Shown: positions 45,836 to 55,875 of the stretch, in pieces
Layout: each line of letters starts with the position of its first letter
Numbering within the stretch: the stretch's first letter is position 1
Position numbers and translations under genes: made by a program
The notes under the pieces: generated by a model
What the model was told of the DNA's origin: nothing
The model's database searches: none
What the model saw: only the letters and a program-made list of their open reading frames with translations
NCBI GenBank assembly: GCA_029555025.1
Contig: JAKPTZ010000115.1
Coordinates: forward strand, 24,898-88,897
DNA length: 64,000 nucleotides
From: Deltaproteobacteria bacterium
GTDB taxonomy: Bacteria; Myxococcota_A; UBA9042; DTJE01
Reading direction: 5' to 3'

Positions 45836-48800
45836 TTACTGGCAGGCGGCGACGCCCATTCCGGCGAAGTAGTTGTTGCCGTAGCTGGTCCACTGGAGGG
45901 CCGGGTCGAACACGTCGTTGATGATTGTATCCGGAACGCGCACGGATCTGCACAGGGTGTCGTCAGCCGTCGTAGGCCCAGGCGTTGTTCCCCATTCGGT
46001 TCCAGGGTCGAAGCCGACCTGCCCGAACGAGTCGATGACCTCGCCGTCGCAGCGCAGGACAACCGCGTCGTCCCCGTTGAACTGAAGCACGGTGCCGGCG
46101 ACCTGGTCGCAGTTCGGAAGCGCCGTCGCGTCCAGGCCGCTGTGGCAGACGACCCAGGTGTCCCCGGCCGCAAGTGACGATGCGGTCAGGTTGATCGTGT
46201 ATCCGACCGTTGAAGCCCCGTTCTGGTATCCGGTAATGGTGCAAGAGGTCAGGTCGGTTGCAACGGTGCCGATGTTCAGGATCTCGATGAACTTGTTGCT
46301 GCTGGAACCTTCCCCGTATTCGCTGAAGATCAACTGCGGCGGGGGCGTGCAGATGTCGGTTGTGGCGCATTCGGTTTCGTCGCAGTCGGATATGCCGTCG
46401 AGATCGTTGTCCAGGCCGTCGGAACAGCACGCATCGGTGGCCTTTTCATGTCCGTCCTGGTAACAGGCGTCCGAACATTCGTACGTTCCAAGTCCAAGAT
46501 AGTTGTCGGCCGCGAAGTGAATCCAGCCCGCTGTCGGAATGAAGGCATCGTCGCGCACCCTGTCGCCGACCGAAACATAGCATTCCCGACGCATGGTCGT
46601 GTCAACAGTGGTCTTCCCGGAGTCATCCCAGCCACCGGCGCCGGGATCGGTGCCGATCTGGCCGAATACGTCCATCAGGGAGTTTTCGCACCTAAGGACG
46701 ATCGTGTCGTTGCCGTTGACCGAGAAGAGGCCTGACAGGGCGTCGCAGTATGGCGCCAGCGCAAGGTCGGCGTCGTCGTCGCAAACGACCCATGTGTCGC
46801 GGTCATGCAATATTCCGTCACGCGCGATCGCCATCGCGTAAGCCATTTCCGATGTTCCGTCGGGGTATCCCTCGAGGACGCAATTGTTCAGCATCACGTC
46901 GCGTCCCGACAGGTTGGTGATTTCAATCGCATTGTTGACCCCGGTGCCTTCCACGTATTCGCTGATCACCAGGTTGGGGGCGTCGTTGGCGACAATCATC
47001 CGTCCAGCCTGGTTATCCTGGTCGAAGCCGGTGTCCGAACCGTCAAGGTCGCACAGGGTCCATGAACGGCCGCTGTCGGCGCTGAAACGGATGGCGAAGT
47101 CGTATTCGCCGGCAGTCGTCGGCAGGAAAAGGTTGTAGTAGTAAGTATCGGCGTCCTCGTACGGGGAATTGTTTCCCAGGCCGACGAATGCTGCCGTCCA
47201 GGACCATGTGTCGGGAGAACTGCCCTTCGGGCCATATCCGACTTCGGCCTTGACCGCTGGCGGGTTGTCGTTGCCTGTGGTCACATCCGTCATGCCCGCC
47301 TCGATGATCCAGCCGAAAACCTGGAAATAGGTTCCGGTCTGGGAGATGAACGGCGAGTCGGCCTTCAACTGGCAGAAATCAACCGGTTCCTGGCATACGG
47401 GATCGTCGTCGCAGTCGGAATCGTCGCAGTCGGTTACCCCGTCGTTGTCCTCGTCCGTGCCATCATCACAGTCGGTTTCCTCGGTCGGTTCGATGCAGTA
47501 AGGATCAGTCGCGCAGTCCGGGTCGTTGCAGTCGGTCTGGAGGTCGCCGTCGTTGTCCGCGTGGTCGTCGCATGCGGTTTCGACCCCGGCGGTCACAACG
47601 ATCGAACCGGTGGTCGCCGCCGAGTAGCCGTCGATGGTGCCGGCCGGTTCAAGATCCGCGTAAGTCCACGTGTCGCCGCCGTCGGTGCTGAAACGGAACG
47701 CGTAGTCGAAGGTTCCGACCGGAACGTCGTCGAAGGAAACCCCGTACCTGTCGTCCGAACCGTCAATGTCGTCGAAATAGACCGCGTCGTACCAGGACCA
47801 CAGGATATGTCCGTCGGGGTTGCTGCCGTCAGGGCCCCATCCACCCTGGGCCATCACTCCCAGGCCCTGGCCCGCGACGTTGGTGATGCCCTGCACGAAT
47901 ACCCTGCCGAAAAGTACTTCAGGGATCTCGGCGAAGACCCAGGCGCCGGTGCCGGGCATCATGACGGCCGCGTACCCGATGACCGGCGGCAGGCATTCGA
48001 CCGCCTCGTCGCAGTCGGGATCCATGCAGTCCTTCAGTCCGTCAAGATCGTCGTCATTCAGGTTGTCGCAACAGGTTTCCCTGCCACCCACATGGCATGC
48101 CTGGGCGCAGAGGTTTGAACCAAGATCCAGGAAGGAGTCCCGCGGGAAAGACCACCATTCGAGCCCGGGATCGAACTCGTTCGAAAGGTCGGTGTCCCCG
48201 AAGATTACATCACAATGACGGCGCAGGGTGTGTCCGACGCTGGTGACTTCGCCCGTTCCCCATCCCGAGGCGCCCGGGTTTTCCCCGCGCCGGCCGAACG
48301 AATCCATCAGCTTGTCTTCGCACGTCAGGCTGATTGTGTCGTTGCCGTTGAAATTCAAGAGGGATCTGAATTCGTCACAGTAAGGGGTAAGGTCGGTCGA
48401 GACCCCGGTCTGGCACATCACATAGGACGCCGCATCCTGAAGAACGCCGTCCTCGACATTGAAGATGGTCGATGGGCTGACCGCCCCGTCGGTGTAAATG
48501 GATATCGCGCAGTTCTCAAGGTTGAGGTCACGGCCGCTCAGGTTCAGCAACTCGATCGCCTTGTCGTTCCCCGTGCCGTCAACGTATTCGGTGATGAGCA
48601 CGATCGGATCCGACACGATTTCCAGCTTGCCGGCGTCCGCCACGTCGTATCCGTCGTCGGTTCCGTCAAGATCGCAGTACTTCCAGGAATATCCGCCGTC
48701 GGCCGAGAACCTGAAAGCCATATCGTAATGGCCTTCATCCGCGACCGGCACCACGAATGAATACCGGTAGCTGTCGGCGTCGTCCCTTCCGCTCAGGTTG

Positions 48801-51199
48801 CTTGCGGTCGGAGAAGCGTTGTCCCATGTCCAGTCGTTGCCGGGAATCGAGTCCGCCGGGCCGTAGCCGTACTGTCCAACCAGGCCGGCCGGGTTGTCGT
48901 TGCCGTTCGTGACATCGGTCTTGCCAGCGACGAAGACGTACCCGATGGCGTTGACCGTCATTCCCGTGGAACCGCGAACCATGGCCGGCTCGAAAGTCCT
49001 GCACCAGTCAACCGGAATGAAGCAGGTCTCGGTCGCCTTGCAATCCGGATCGTCGCAGTCGGCAAGGCCGTCACGATCCGAGTCAAAGGTGTTGGCGCAG
49101 CAGGTTTCCTTTTCGTTGGCATAGCAGTCGCCCTCACACAGCCGGAATCCGAATCCCTGCCACACATCCTGGGGAAGGGACATCCATTCCACGGCTTTGA
49201 AGGCCGTTGCCGCGGCGCCGGTGCCGGCGGTGACCGAGCAGTCACGACGCAGCGTGTGATTCAGGGTGGTCAGCGGCTCGATTCCCCAGCGGTCGCCTGG
49301 ATCCACGCCAATGACGCCGAAGACGTCCTGAACCGCTTCACCGCACTTGAGTTCGATTGCATCGTCACCGTTGAAGTTGAGCCGGCTTGAAAGCAGGTCG
49401 CAGAATACGGCGGAGCCGGCCGCAAGTGCATCGTGGCAGACTGTGAACATCGCGCCCGGGGCAAGATCAAGAGCCGGCAGCGTGATGACGCTGCTGGTCG
49501 TCAAGGCACCGTTGAAGAACACCGACACGGTGCATTCGCCCAGCGGTGCCGGGAAAGCCCCCGCGTTGATGATTTCGATTGCCTTGTTGTTGCCGGATCC
49601 TTCCATGTATTCCGAAATCAGCAGTTGGTGCGGCGGCTTGATGGTGATGCTTCCGGCATTTTCGGCCGCGTATCCGTTGTCGCTGCCATCGGTGTCGCAG
49701 TAAATCCACGTTGCGCCGTCGTCGCCCGATACCCTGAACGCGAAGTCGCGGGCCAGCGACATGTCGGTGATGGCCGGAACGGTCACGACACCGTTCCAGA
49801 TGTCCGAAGACGCATCGACCGCGTCCATGTCGGGGGTTGCCGGAAGCCAGTCACCCCAGGCGAATCCGGTCGGATCGCCAGCATCCGGCCCAATCCCATA
49901 CTGAACATGTACCTTTGGATGGGCATCGTATTTGTCCGTCGTGTCGGTGATTCCGGGCGCCGTCACCTTGACGACCGCGGTGAACGTGTCCCCGGAAGGT
50001 CCGGTATGGGTGGTTGGCGATTCAACGATGCAGGAAACATTATCGACCGGGCATACGAATTTGCAGGATTCCTCCTCGCAGTCGGTTTTGCCGTTTTCGT
50101 CGTTGTCCATCTCGTCTTCGCAGCACGTCTCGAACCGGGCAAGACAGGATCCTTCCATGCAGTAATCGCCGCCGGTGCAGTCGTTTCCGTCGTTGCAAAG
50201 GGAATCGACCAGGTTTTCGTGAACGCATCCGGTTTCCGTGTCGCAAAGATCGCTGGTGCATTCGTTGCCGTCGTCGCAATCAATGTCGGTTCCGGCAGAG
50301 CATGAACCGTTCAGGCAGAAATCGTTTTCGGTGCAGGCGTTTCCATCCTGGCAGGCCCCGTCGTTGAAGACCATCGTGCAACCGGCCTGGGCATCGCAGG
50401 CATTATCAGTGCAGACGTTGCCGTCATCGCACAGAAGCGCGTCCGGCACCCCGACGCATTCGCCGTCGGCGCATGAGTCGCCTGTCGTGCAATCGACGCC
50501 ATCCTGGCAGGGTTCGCCCTGGTGGATGCTGATGTTGATGCAGTCGCCGGTTTCAGGATCGCAGCCGACAGTCCGGCAGAAAAGGCCGAGGGTATCTTCG
50601 CAGACCGGGATGGTTTCTGCCGGAATGTGGCAGACAGAAGGTGTCACGGCCAGGTTGCACCTGTACGAACCGTTGCACTTGTTTTTGTCGTCGTACCACG
50701 CGCAGTCGCTGTCAGTGCTGCAGTTGCAGTTGTTCTGGCCCGGCTGGCAGACGTGATCCGCATCGCACTTGTCGTCTATGGTGCAAAGGTCGCCGTCCTC
50801 GCATGTCGCGTCCGCTTCAAGCCAGACACGAACACACGCGCACCGGTCGCAGGATGCCCTCTCACACAGGCCGAGGTCGTCGAACGCATCCTCGCATTCC
50901 TCATCCTGCGTGCATTCGCACACTTCGGGCATTTCAAGGGGGACATCGGTGACGCCCTCGTCCGGCACGTCCTGGACTGCATCGGGATCGATCGTTTCCT
51001 GGAAAATTTCTTCCCTGGGCTCGTCGCCGGTGTCCGGAATCAGGATTTCCGGCGCGGTGTCCAACTGGACATCCGGCATAACGTCATCACCCGGAAGTTC
51101 GGATACATCCGGCTGACCGCCGCCGCCGCCGCATGAAAGCAGCATTGAAGCAAGGATGAGCGCGGTGACTCTGGCTGTTGATTTCATCTGTTCCCCCAA
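45836..51199 (-). CDS. Giant (1787 aa) lipoprotein: N-terminal Myxococcus cysteine-rich repeats, then four lamin-tail-domain (LTD) modules interspersed with thrombospondin-type-3-like/DxDxDG acidic Cys motifs
   Basis: Lipobox LLSCGGGGG. Cysteine-rich repeats (CDDGNVCTDNACDAQAGC, CDDGNECTSDLCDTETGC). LTD signatures LLISEYMEGSGNNKAIEIIN, VLITEYVDGTGNDKAIELLNLSGRD, LVISEYVEGTGVNNAIEITNLSGRD and LIFSEYGEGSSSNKFIEILNIG. Acidic CDDHADNDGDLQTDCNDPDCATD-type motifs. Confidence 0.8.
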   Translation of the reverse strand: MGEQMKSTARVTALILASMLLSCGGGGGQPDVSELPGDDVMPDVQLDTAPEILIPDTGDEPREEIFQETIDPDAVQDVPDEGVTDVPLEMPEVCECTQDEECEDAFDDLGLCERASCDRCACVRVWLEADATCEDGDLCTIDDKCDADHVCQPGQNNCNCSTDSDCAWYDDKNKCNGSYRCNLAVTPSVCHIPAETIPVCEDTLGLFCRTVGCDPETGDCINISIHQGEPCQDGVDCTTGDSCADGECVGVPDALLCDDGNVCTDNACDAQAGCTMVFNDGACQDGNACTENDFCLNGSCSAGTDIDCDDGNECTSDLCDTETGCVHENLVDSLCNDGNDCTGGDYCMEGSCLARFETCCEDEMDNDENGKTDCEEESCKFVCPVDNVSCIVESPTTHTGPSGDTFTAVVKVTAPGITDTTDKYDAHPKVHVQYGIGPDAGDPTGFAWGDWLPATPDMDAVDASSDIWNGVVTVPAITDMSLARDFAFRVSGDDGATWIYCDTDGSDNGYAAENAGSITIKPPHQLLISEYMEGSGNNKAIEIINAGAFPAPLGECTVSVFFNGALTTSSVITLPALDLAPGAMFTVCHDALAAGSAVFCDLLSSRLNFNGDDAIELKCGEAVQDVFGVIGVDPGDRWGIEPLTTLNHTLRRDCSVTAGTGAAATAFKAVEWMSLPQDVWQGFGFRLCEGDCYANEKETCCANTFDSDRDGLADCDDPDCKATETCFIPVDWCRTFEPAMVRGSTGMTVNAIGYVFVAGKTDVTNGNDNPAGLVGQYGYGPADSIPGNDWTWDNASPTASNLSGRDDADSYRYSFVVPVADEGHYDMAFRFSADGGYSWKYCDLDGTDDGYDVADAGKLEIVSDPIVLITEYVDGTGNDKAIELLNLSGRDLNLENCAISIYTDGAVSPSTIFNVEDGVLQDAASYVMCQTGVSTDLTPYCDEFRSLLNFNGNDTISLTCEDKLMDSFGRRGENPGASGWGTGEVTSVGHTLRRHCDVIFGDTDLSNEFDPGLEWWSFPRDSFLDLGSNLCAQACHVGGRETCCDNLNDDDLDGLKDCMDPDCDEAVECLPPVIGYAAVMMPGTGAWVFAEIPEVLFGRVFVQGITNVAGQGLGVMAQGGWGPDGSNPDGHILWSWYDAVYFDDIDGSDDRYGVSFDDVPVGTFDYAFRFSTDGGDTWTYADLEPAGTIDGYSAATTGSIVVTAGVETACDDHADNDGDLQTDCNDPDCATDPYCIEPTEETDCDDGTDEDNDGVTDCDDSDCDDDPVCQEPVDFCQLKADSPFISQTGTYFQVFGWIIEAGMTDVTTGNDNPPAVKAEVGYGPKGSSPDTWSWTAAFVGLGNNSPYEDADTYYYNLFLPTTAGEYDFAIRFSADSGRSWTLCDLDGSDTGFDQDNQAGRMIVANDAPNLVISEYVEGTGVNNAIEITNLSGRDVMLNNCVLEGYPDGTSEMAYAMAIARDGILHDRDTWVVCDDDADLALAPYCDALSGLFSVNGNDTIVLRCENSLMDVFGQIGTDPGAGGWDDSGKTTVDTTMRRECYVSVGDRVRDDAFIPTAGWIHFAADNYLGLGTYECSDACYQDGHEKATDACCSDGLDNDLDGISDCDETECATTDICTPPPQLIFSEYGEGSSSNKFIEILNIGTVATDLTSCTITGYQNGASTVGYTINLTASSLAAGDTWVVCHSGLDATALPNCDQVAGTVLQFNGDDAVVLRCDGEVIDSFGQVGFDPGTEWGTTPGPTTADDTLCRSVRVPDTIINDVFDPALQWTSYGNNYFAGMGVAACQ

Positions 51200-51318
51200 A
51201 AGATTTCCACAATGACCAGAGGATGATAACCCCGTGCACGCGCGCGTTCAACAACGGCGGGGAAAAATGCGTTGATCTCGGCAGGCTTGCGATACGGAAG
51301 TAGTTCGGGGTGAGCCGG

Positions 51319-51726
51319 TCAGCGCCTTCCCTGAAGTGCCCTGGAAGCAAGCCTGGTCACTGATTCCTCGGGATCCTCGGCCGCAAGCCTGGCAAGTTCG
51401 GCGCGTATCTGGGGAACATCGCGCAGCGGCCTCATGCAGCGGACGGCGAACATCCTTACCGCGACGGCCTCGTCCCTGGAAAGAACCTTCAGTATTCCGA
51501 TTTTTTCAAACAGGGGCTGTCTTTGAAGGATTTCACGCGCCTGGGCTGGGCGCTTGTCCGCCAGGGCGGCCGACACCCGATTCAGGGATTCGCCCTTGAA
51601 GCTGACGTGGAACATGGCGATGCGATCCAGGCTTGTCTCGTGCCACCAATAGACCGCGTATCCGGCCCCCGCGCAGATTGCGAAGAAAAGCAGGATCAAA
51701 GCCATCTGTCTGTTGCTGACCGTCAT
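51319..51726 (-). CDS. Hypothetical small membrane protein
   Basis: N-terminal TM helix (MALILLFFAICAGAGYAVYWW). Start is the internal ATG at 51726. Confidence 0.4.
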   Translation of the reverse strand: MTVSNRQMALILLFFAICAGAGYAVYWWHETSLDRIAMFHVSFKGESLNRVSAALADKRPAQAREILQRQPLFEKIGILKVLSRDEAVAVRMFAVRCMRPLRDVPQIRAELARLAAEDPEESVTRLASRALQGRR

Positions 51727-51860
51727 CCCAGCAGCCTCCGTCGGCGCGCGCATTATAGCAGCACGATGCGTTCGTGTTCAAATCACCGGTGCCGGTCAAA
51801 GGCGGTTGGGCGGTACGTCACTTTGTCATGATGTTCGATGTGCGTGCAGAATAGGTTGCC

Positions 51861-53255
51861 ATGATGCGCCCTTATTACAGCATTGCCGCGGTTTTTTTGA
51901 TGTTCCTGGCCGGGGCCGCGCATGCTTCCCAGAATCCGGGGTCCGACAAGTCGGCCAAATCCGGTTCGAGTGAATCCGAATGGGGTCGGCCCTTTGCCGA
52001 ACTCCAGTTTTCCGGGGTCGCCGGCGGCAGCCACGAATCATGGCGAGCCGGTTTTGACTTCGCGCTTTCCGGCGGCAGGGATGGTTTCGAGGTATCCGTA
52101 ATCGCGCCGATACGTTTCGATCCGGACGGCTTTCGGATGCGGGAATGGGATGAGCCGAACGACTTCGGCCGTCTTCTGTCCAGATTCGGCTGGACCGACA
52201 GAACCGGTCAATTCGATGTTTCCATCAAACCAGTCCAGAATTTCAACCTGGGCATGGGTAACCTTGTTTCCATGTTCAACGGAGTCATCGACGGGGATCA
52301 TTTCAGAACCGGAGTCAGCGCCAGACTTCACTGGGATGTTGCTGGCGGAGACCTGTTTCTTGACGGTGTCGCCGGGCCGTCCGTGATCGGCGGTCGGGTC
52401 TATTTCAGGCCGCTGTGGTTCGTCGATCGATCGGGACAGATCGGGCGGCTTGAGATCGGTGCTTCGTTTGCCGGCGATATCAACGCACCTTCAAACCTGG
52501 GAGCGTCCACCCCGGAAAACCCGACGTCATCGGTTCCCGGTCCGAACGGCCTGGTTGCGACCGACCCCTCGCCGTTGACCGCCTGGTCGATCGATGTTTC
52601 CTGGCCGGTTCGGCCGGCGCGGGCCATCCAGATAAAGCCCTGGGCGTCATGGTCAAGGATCGGATGGTCGGATGCATCCCACGTCGGCCTTGAACTCGCG
52701 TTCAACATCAGGTCGAAGGTCGTCCTTACCGTGACAGGCCGGTACGACTTCATGGAATCCGGGTTCGTGACCGGTTATTTCGACAATATCTACATGGCCG
52801 ATCGATACGACTTCAATGCCTTCAGGGACGCGGCGGAAGGTCCGGTGTCCAAGAGGGTAGTCACCGGGACATCACGTCCCGCGAGGCATGGGGGCGCATT
52901 TGGAGTGATGGTCGGCTGGGATCCCTGGCTGACGACGTGGATCGGTGCCGACGTCGATCAGTACGGGGCATTTTCCAGGATTCGCGCGGGCCTGACGGTC
53001 AAGGTGCCGGACAGGCTCCTTCTGACCGGAACCGTCTATGCAAGGGGATTCGGGATTGACGGCCGCCAGCGCCTGGCGGACAGGATCTTCTGTTCCGTGG
53101 CCGCCGACGTCACCGTCTGGAAGTACATCGGTGTGTTCGCCCTCTACTCCCGGGATCTGTTCGTTCCCGACTCCGGTTCCGATCGCTTCAGGTACGTTTC
53201 CGGAAATACCGGCCTGGCCGGAGTACGCTTTTCATTTGGACTGCTGAAGGATTGA
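51861..53255 (+). CDS. Hypothetical secreted/outer-membrane protein
   Basis: Signal peptide MMRPYYSIAAVFLMFLAGAAHA. Beta-strand-rich sequence ending in an aromatic-rich C-terminus. No catalytic motif. Confidence 0.5.
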   Translation: MMRPYYSIAAVFLMFLAGAAHASQNPGSDKSAKSGSSESEWGRPFAELQFSGVAGGSHESWRAGFDFALSGGRDGFEVSVIAPIRFDPDGFRMREWDEPNDFGRLLSRFGWTDRTGQFDVSIKPVQNFNLGMGNLVSMFNGVIDGDHFRTGVSARLHWDVAGGDLFLDGVAGPSVIGGRVYFRPLWFVDRSGQIGRLEIGASFAGDINAPSNLGASTPENPTSSVPGPNGLVATDPSPLTAWSIDVSWPVRPARAIQIKPWASWSRIGWSDASHVGLELAFNIRSKVVLTVTGRYDFMESGFVTGYFDNIYMADRYDFNAFRDAAEGPVSKRVVTGTSRPARHGGAFGVMVGWDPWLTTWIGADVDQYGAFSRIRAGLTVKVPDRLLLTGTVYARGFGIDGRQRLADRIFCSVAADVTVWKYIGVFALYSRDLFVPDSGSDRFRYVSGNTGLAGVRFSFGLLKD

Positions 53256-55061
53256 CGGCCATTCACCCCCGGCAGGCGCCCATTCCCAGATCTGGCGCCC
53301 GGCAATCTGGCGAACAAGCCGCAGACCGTCGGCGCGCGGCATTTTTCCAAGTTGCATCTCGCGTGGCCCGTAAAGAATCCACCTGATTCCGGCGTTGTTC
53401 AGGAAGCCGGCCGTCCGCGCCTCATCCGGTTCATCGGAATAAAACCAGCGCACAAGGGCGGCCTTTTCCTGATACCGCGTCGAAAGGAACCACTGGCCGA
53501 CAAACACAGGCTTCCCGGCTTTCCACGGAACAATCTGGGCATCGAAAGGGTCGCACAGGACCCCACCGTCCGGAAGCGTTTCAAGTTCCTTCAGGAGTGC
53601 AAGGTGATCCTTTCCGGCCCGCGCCGCCGTCCTTGTCGCCGTCGGGTTGACGTCCAGCACCAGCCCCGCGGCCGAATTCAGCGACGCCAGAACCACGAAG
53701 GCGGCAATGGCGCCGCCCGGCCATGAAGTCCGCCCGCCCGCCGCCTGCCGCCTTTGAACCAGGGCGAACAGTCCGGCAATCTGCAGGATCAGGAATGGAA
53801 CCAGGAACGAAAACTGAAATTTCACCCCGGTCACAAACGGGTTGGCCATCATCGCGAAACCGGTGACGAACCACAGCAGCAGCCATCGCATGACGTGGCG
53901 ATCAATCGTGTTGCGGCGCATCACCAACCCCAGCGGAAGCAGCATCCACGGTCCATAGACTATCGGATAGATTATCGGGGGATAGCCCAGCTTCCACAGA
54001 CCGGTCTGTGCGTTTGACGCCGCGACCACCGGATCCTGCTGGGACCAGGTGATGAAGACGGCCACCAGTGCCGGTCCGGCGAGCGCCGGCAAGTTGATGA
54101 ACAGCGACCTTTTAAGGCTGGTGCCCATCGGCGGAACGACCACCGCGACAGCGACCAGCAAGCCCCAGACGATTGCCGAATATGGGTGTATGAACCACAG
54201 TGCCGCGAACACCATTCCGCGAACCACTCCGGGCAGAAAATCGGCCGGTTTCGAGACGGTGTCCATGCTTCCGACTCGATGATCCCCGGTCTGCGCGCGA
54301 ATCCTGGCAAGCTCGGCCGATCTGTCGGCATTCTTCACCGCGGCCTGTTCAAGCCACCTGATTTCCAAAAGGATCATCAGGGTAATCAGTGTCATCGGGA
54401 TCGCCCAGACAAGGTTGGTCGAAGCCCAGAACACGCTGAAATTCCAGGGGTTGTCAATGAAATTGACCCAGTCCAGCCCGGTCGATGCCATCCTGTCCCG
54501 GAAGAATGGACGGACAAGCCAGTCCAGCCCGCCGGCAAAGAGAACAAATGCGTGGGCCGCGACGGCCTTCCTGCCTTCCTTGAAGACGGCCTGGACAAGT
54601 TTCCACAGCACCAGGCAGAAAGCGGCCAGAACCAGCAGCCGGAGTCCGTGCCATACAACCGGGTCGGGAAGGCCGGTGATGCCCCTGACCGCGCCCGCGA
54701 TAACCAGGCCGACCATCAGGAATCGTCCGTCCTGCCTGGCGGTGGTAAATAAATTTTTTGTCAGCAGCGACCCGTCGCGGGCGGTCTGGGTCGAATACAT
54801 CATATAGGCGAAATGGTCGGTCGGAAGATGCCTGAACCCCAGGAAGGATGAACTTGAATCGTGGGTTCCTGCAAGGGGGGCAGCGCAGATCCAGGCCTGG
54901 GCGATGATGAACGTGGCCGAAAGCGCCAGGGCGATATTACGGTACCGACGGGGAGAGGCCACTGTTACCCCCTGCCTGGTTTGCTGCATCGGTGCCGGTC
55001 GGTTCGGTCGAACCGGAATCGAGGCCCGAAAGTATTTCGTCCGCAGCATCCTGGTTGCCAA
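53232..55061 (-). CDS. Polytopic integral membrane protein (≥10 TM) with a C-terminal soluble domain
   Basis: Many hydrophobic helices with a periplasmic-looking C-terminal ~150 aa. First gene-distal member of the MMPL cluster. The N-terminal 40 codons overlap the upstream gene, so the real start is probably internal. Confidence 0.5.
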   Translation of the reverse strand: MATRMLRTKYFRASIPVRPNRPAPMQQTRQGVTVASPRRYRNIALALSATFIIAQAWICAAPLAGTHDSSSSFLGFRHLPTDHFAYMMYSTQTARDGSLLTKNLFTTARQDGRFLMVGLVIAGAVRGITGLPDPVVWHGLRLLVLAAFCLVLWKLVQAVFKEGRKAVAAHAFVLFAGGLDWLVRPFFRDRMASTGLDWVNFIDNPWNFSVFWASTNLVWAIPMTLITLMILLEIRWLEQAAVKNADRSAELARIRAQTGDHRVGSMDTVSKPADFLPGVVRGMVFAALWFIHPYSAIVWGLLVAVAVVVPPMGTSLKRSLFINLPALAGPALVAVFITWSQQDPVVAASNAQTGLWKLGYPPIIYPIVYGPWMLLPLGLVMRRNTIDRHVMRWLLLWFVTGFAMMANPFVTGVKFQFSFLVPFLILQIAGLFALVQRRQAAGGRTSWPGGAIAAFVVLASLNSAAGLVLDVNPTATRTAARAGKDHLALLKELETLPDGGVLCDPFDAQIVPWKAGKPVFVGQWFLSTRYQEKAALVRWFYSDEPDEARTAGFLNNAGIRWILYGPREMQLGKMPRADGLRLVRQIAGRQIWEWAPAGGEWPSILQQSK

Positions 55062-55875
55062 TCTGGTTCAGAAGATCGCTCAGGTCGCGAATCCAGGCCT
55101 GGTGCCTGATCCCCCAGCTTCCGGCCCTCAGGGAATCCGCCGCGGCTTTCGCAATCTCAAGCGCGGAGTCCTCGTCCTCGTCGGCTTCCCAGAGGCCCCT
55201 GGCAAGATAAATCCGGTTCGGCGGATAATCGGGAAACTGCTCGACTGCCTTGCGAAGCATCTCGATTCCCTTTTCGGGATCGCCGATTCCGGCCGGCCAC
55301 GGCGGCGCCTTGATCAGGAGGTAACCCATGGTCCGCAGGGGCCCGCCGCTGTCGAGTTCCGGCGCCTCGCGCACGGCCCTGCCAAGGTGGCGCTGAAGTC
55401 TTCCCAGATACTTCATTGCGGTCAGAATGCTGTCACGAACCGCGATTCCAAGGTTGATCGAGTAGTAATACGATGTCGCAGGGTCGATGGCCAGTCCTGT
55501 TCCCATCGAGTATTCGGCCCACGCGACGCCTTCCCAGGCAAGCGACTTCCTGCGTTCGTCACCGGCTGCCCCCGCCGGGCTGGATTCCGCAAGGAGGCTG
55601 CAAATCCGGGATGCCGTCAGCGCCTCGTGCGCACGGGGCTGCCTTTCGGGCGGCTGCATGTTCCTGACTGCCTGCAGGGCGCAACGCAACTGATCCTGGC
55701 CTGCCGTCAACGGATCCGTCCTGTCACGGGTCAGTGCTTCTTCGTTCCCGGGACAATCGTCCGGAAGATCAAGTTTGAAAAGGTTGCCTTTGTAGGCCGG
55801 GCTGCAGCCGGCGAGGAAAAGAACCGTGACGGAGAAGATGAACAGAACGGCGTGCCTTCCGGGAGCTATTTCCAC
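54937..55875 (-). CDS. Lipoprotein with TPR-like helical repeats
   Basis: Lipobox VTVLFLAGCSP. Helical repeat character. 10-nt overlap with the upstream gene. Confidence 0.5.
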   Translation of the reverse strand: MEIAPGRHAVLFIFSVTVLFLAGCSPAYKGNLFKLDLPDDCPGNEEALTRDRTDPLTAGQDQLRCALQAVRNMQPPERQPRAHEALTASRICSLLAESSPAGAAGDERRKSLAWEGVAWAEYSMGTGLAIDPATSYYYSINLGIAVRDSILTAMKYLGRLQRHLGRAVREAPELDSGGPLRTMGYLLIKAPPWPAGIGDPEKGIEMLRKAVEQFPDYPPNRIYLARGLWEADEDEDSALEIAKAAADSLRAGSWGIRHQAWIRDLSDLLNQIGNQDAADEILSGLDSGSTEPTGTDAANQAGGNSGLSPSVP

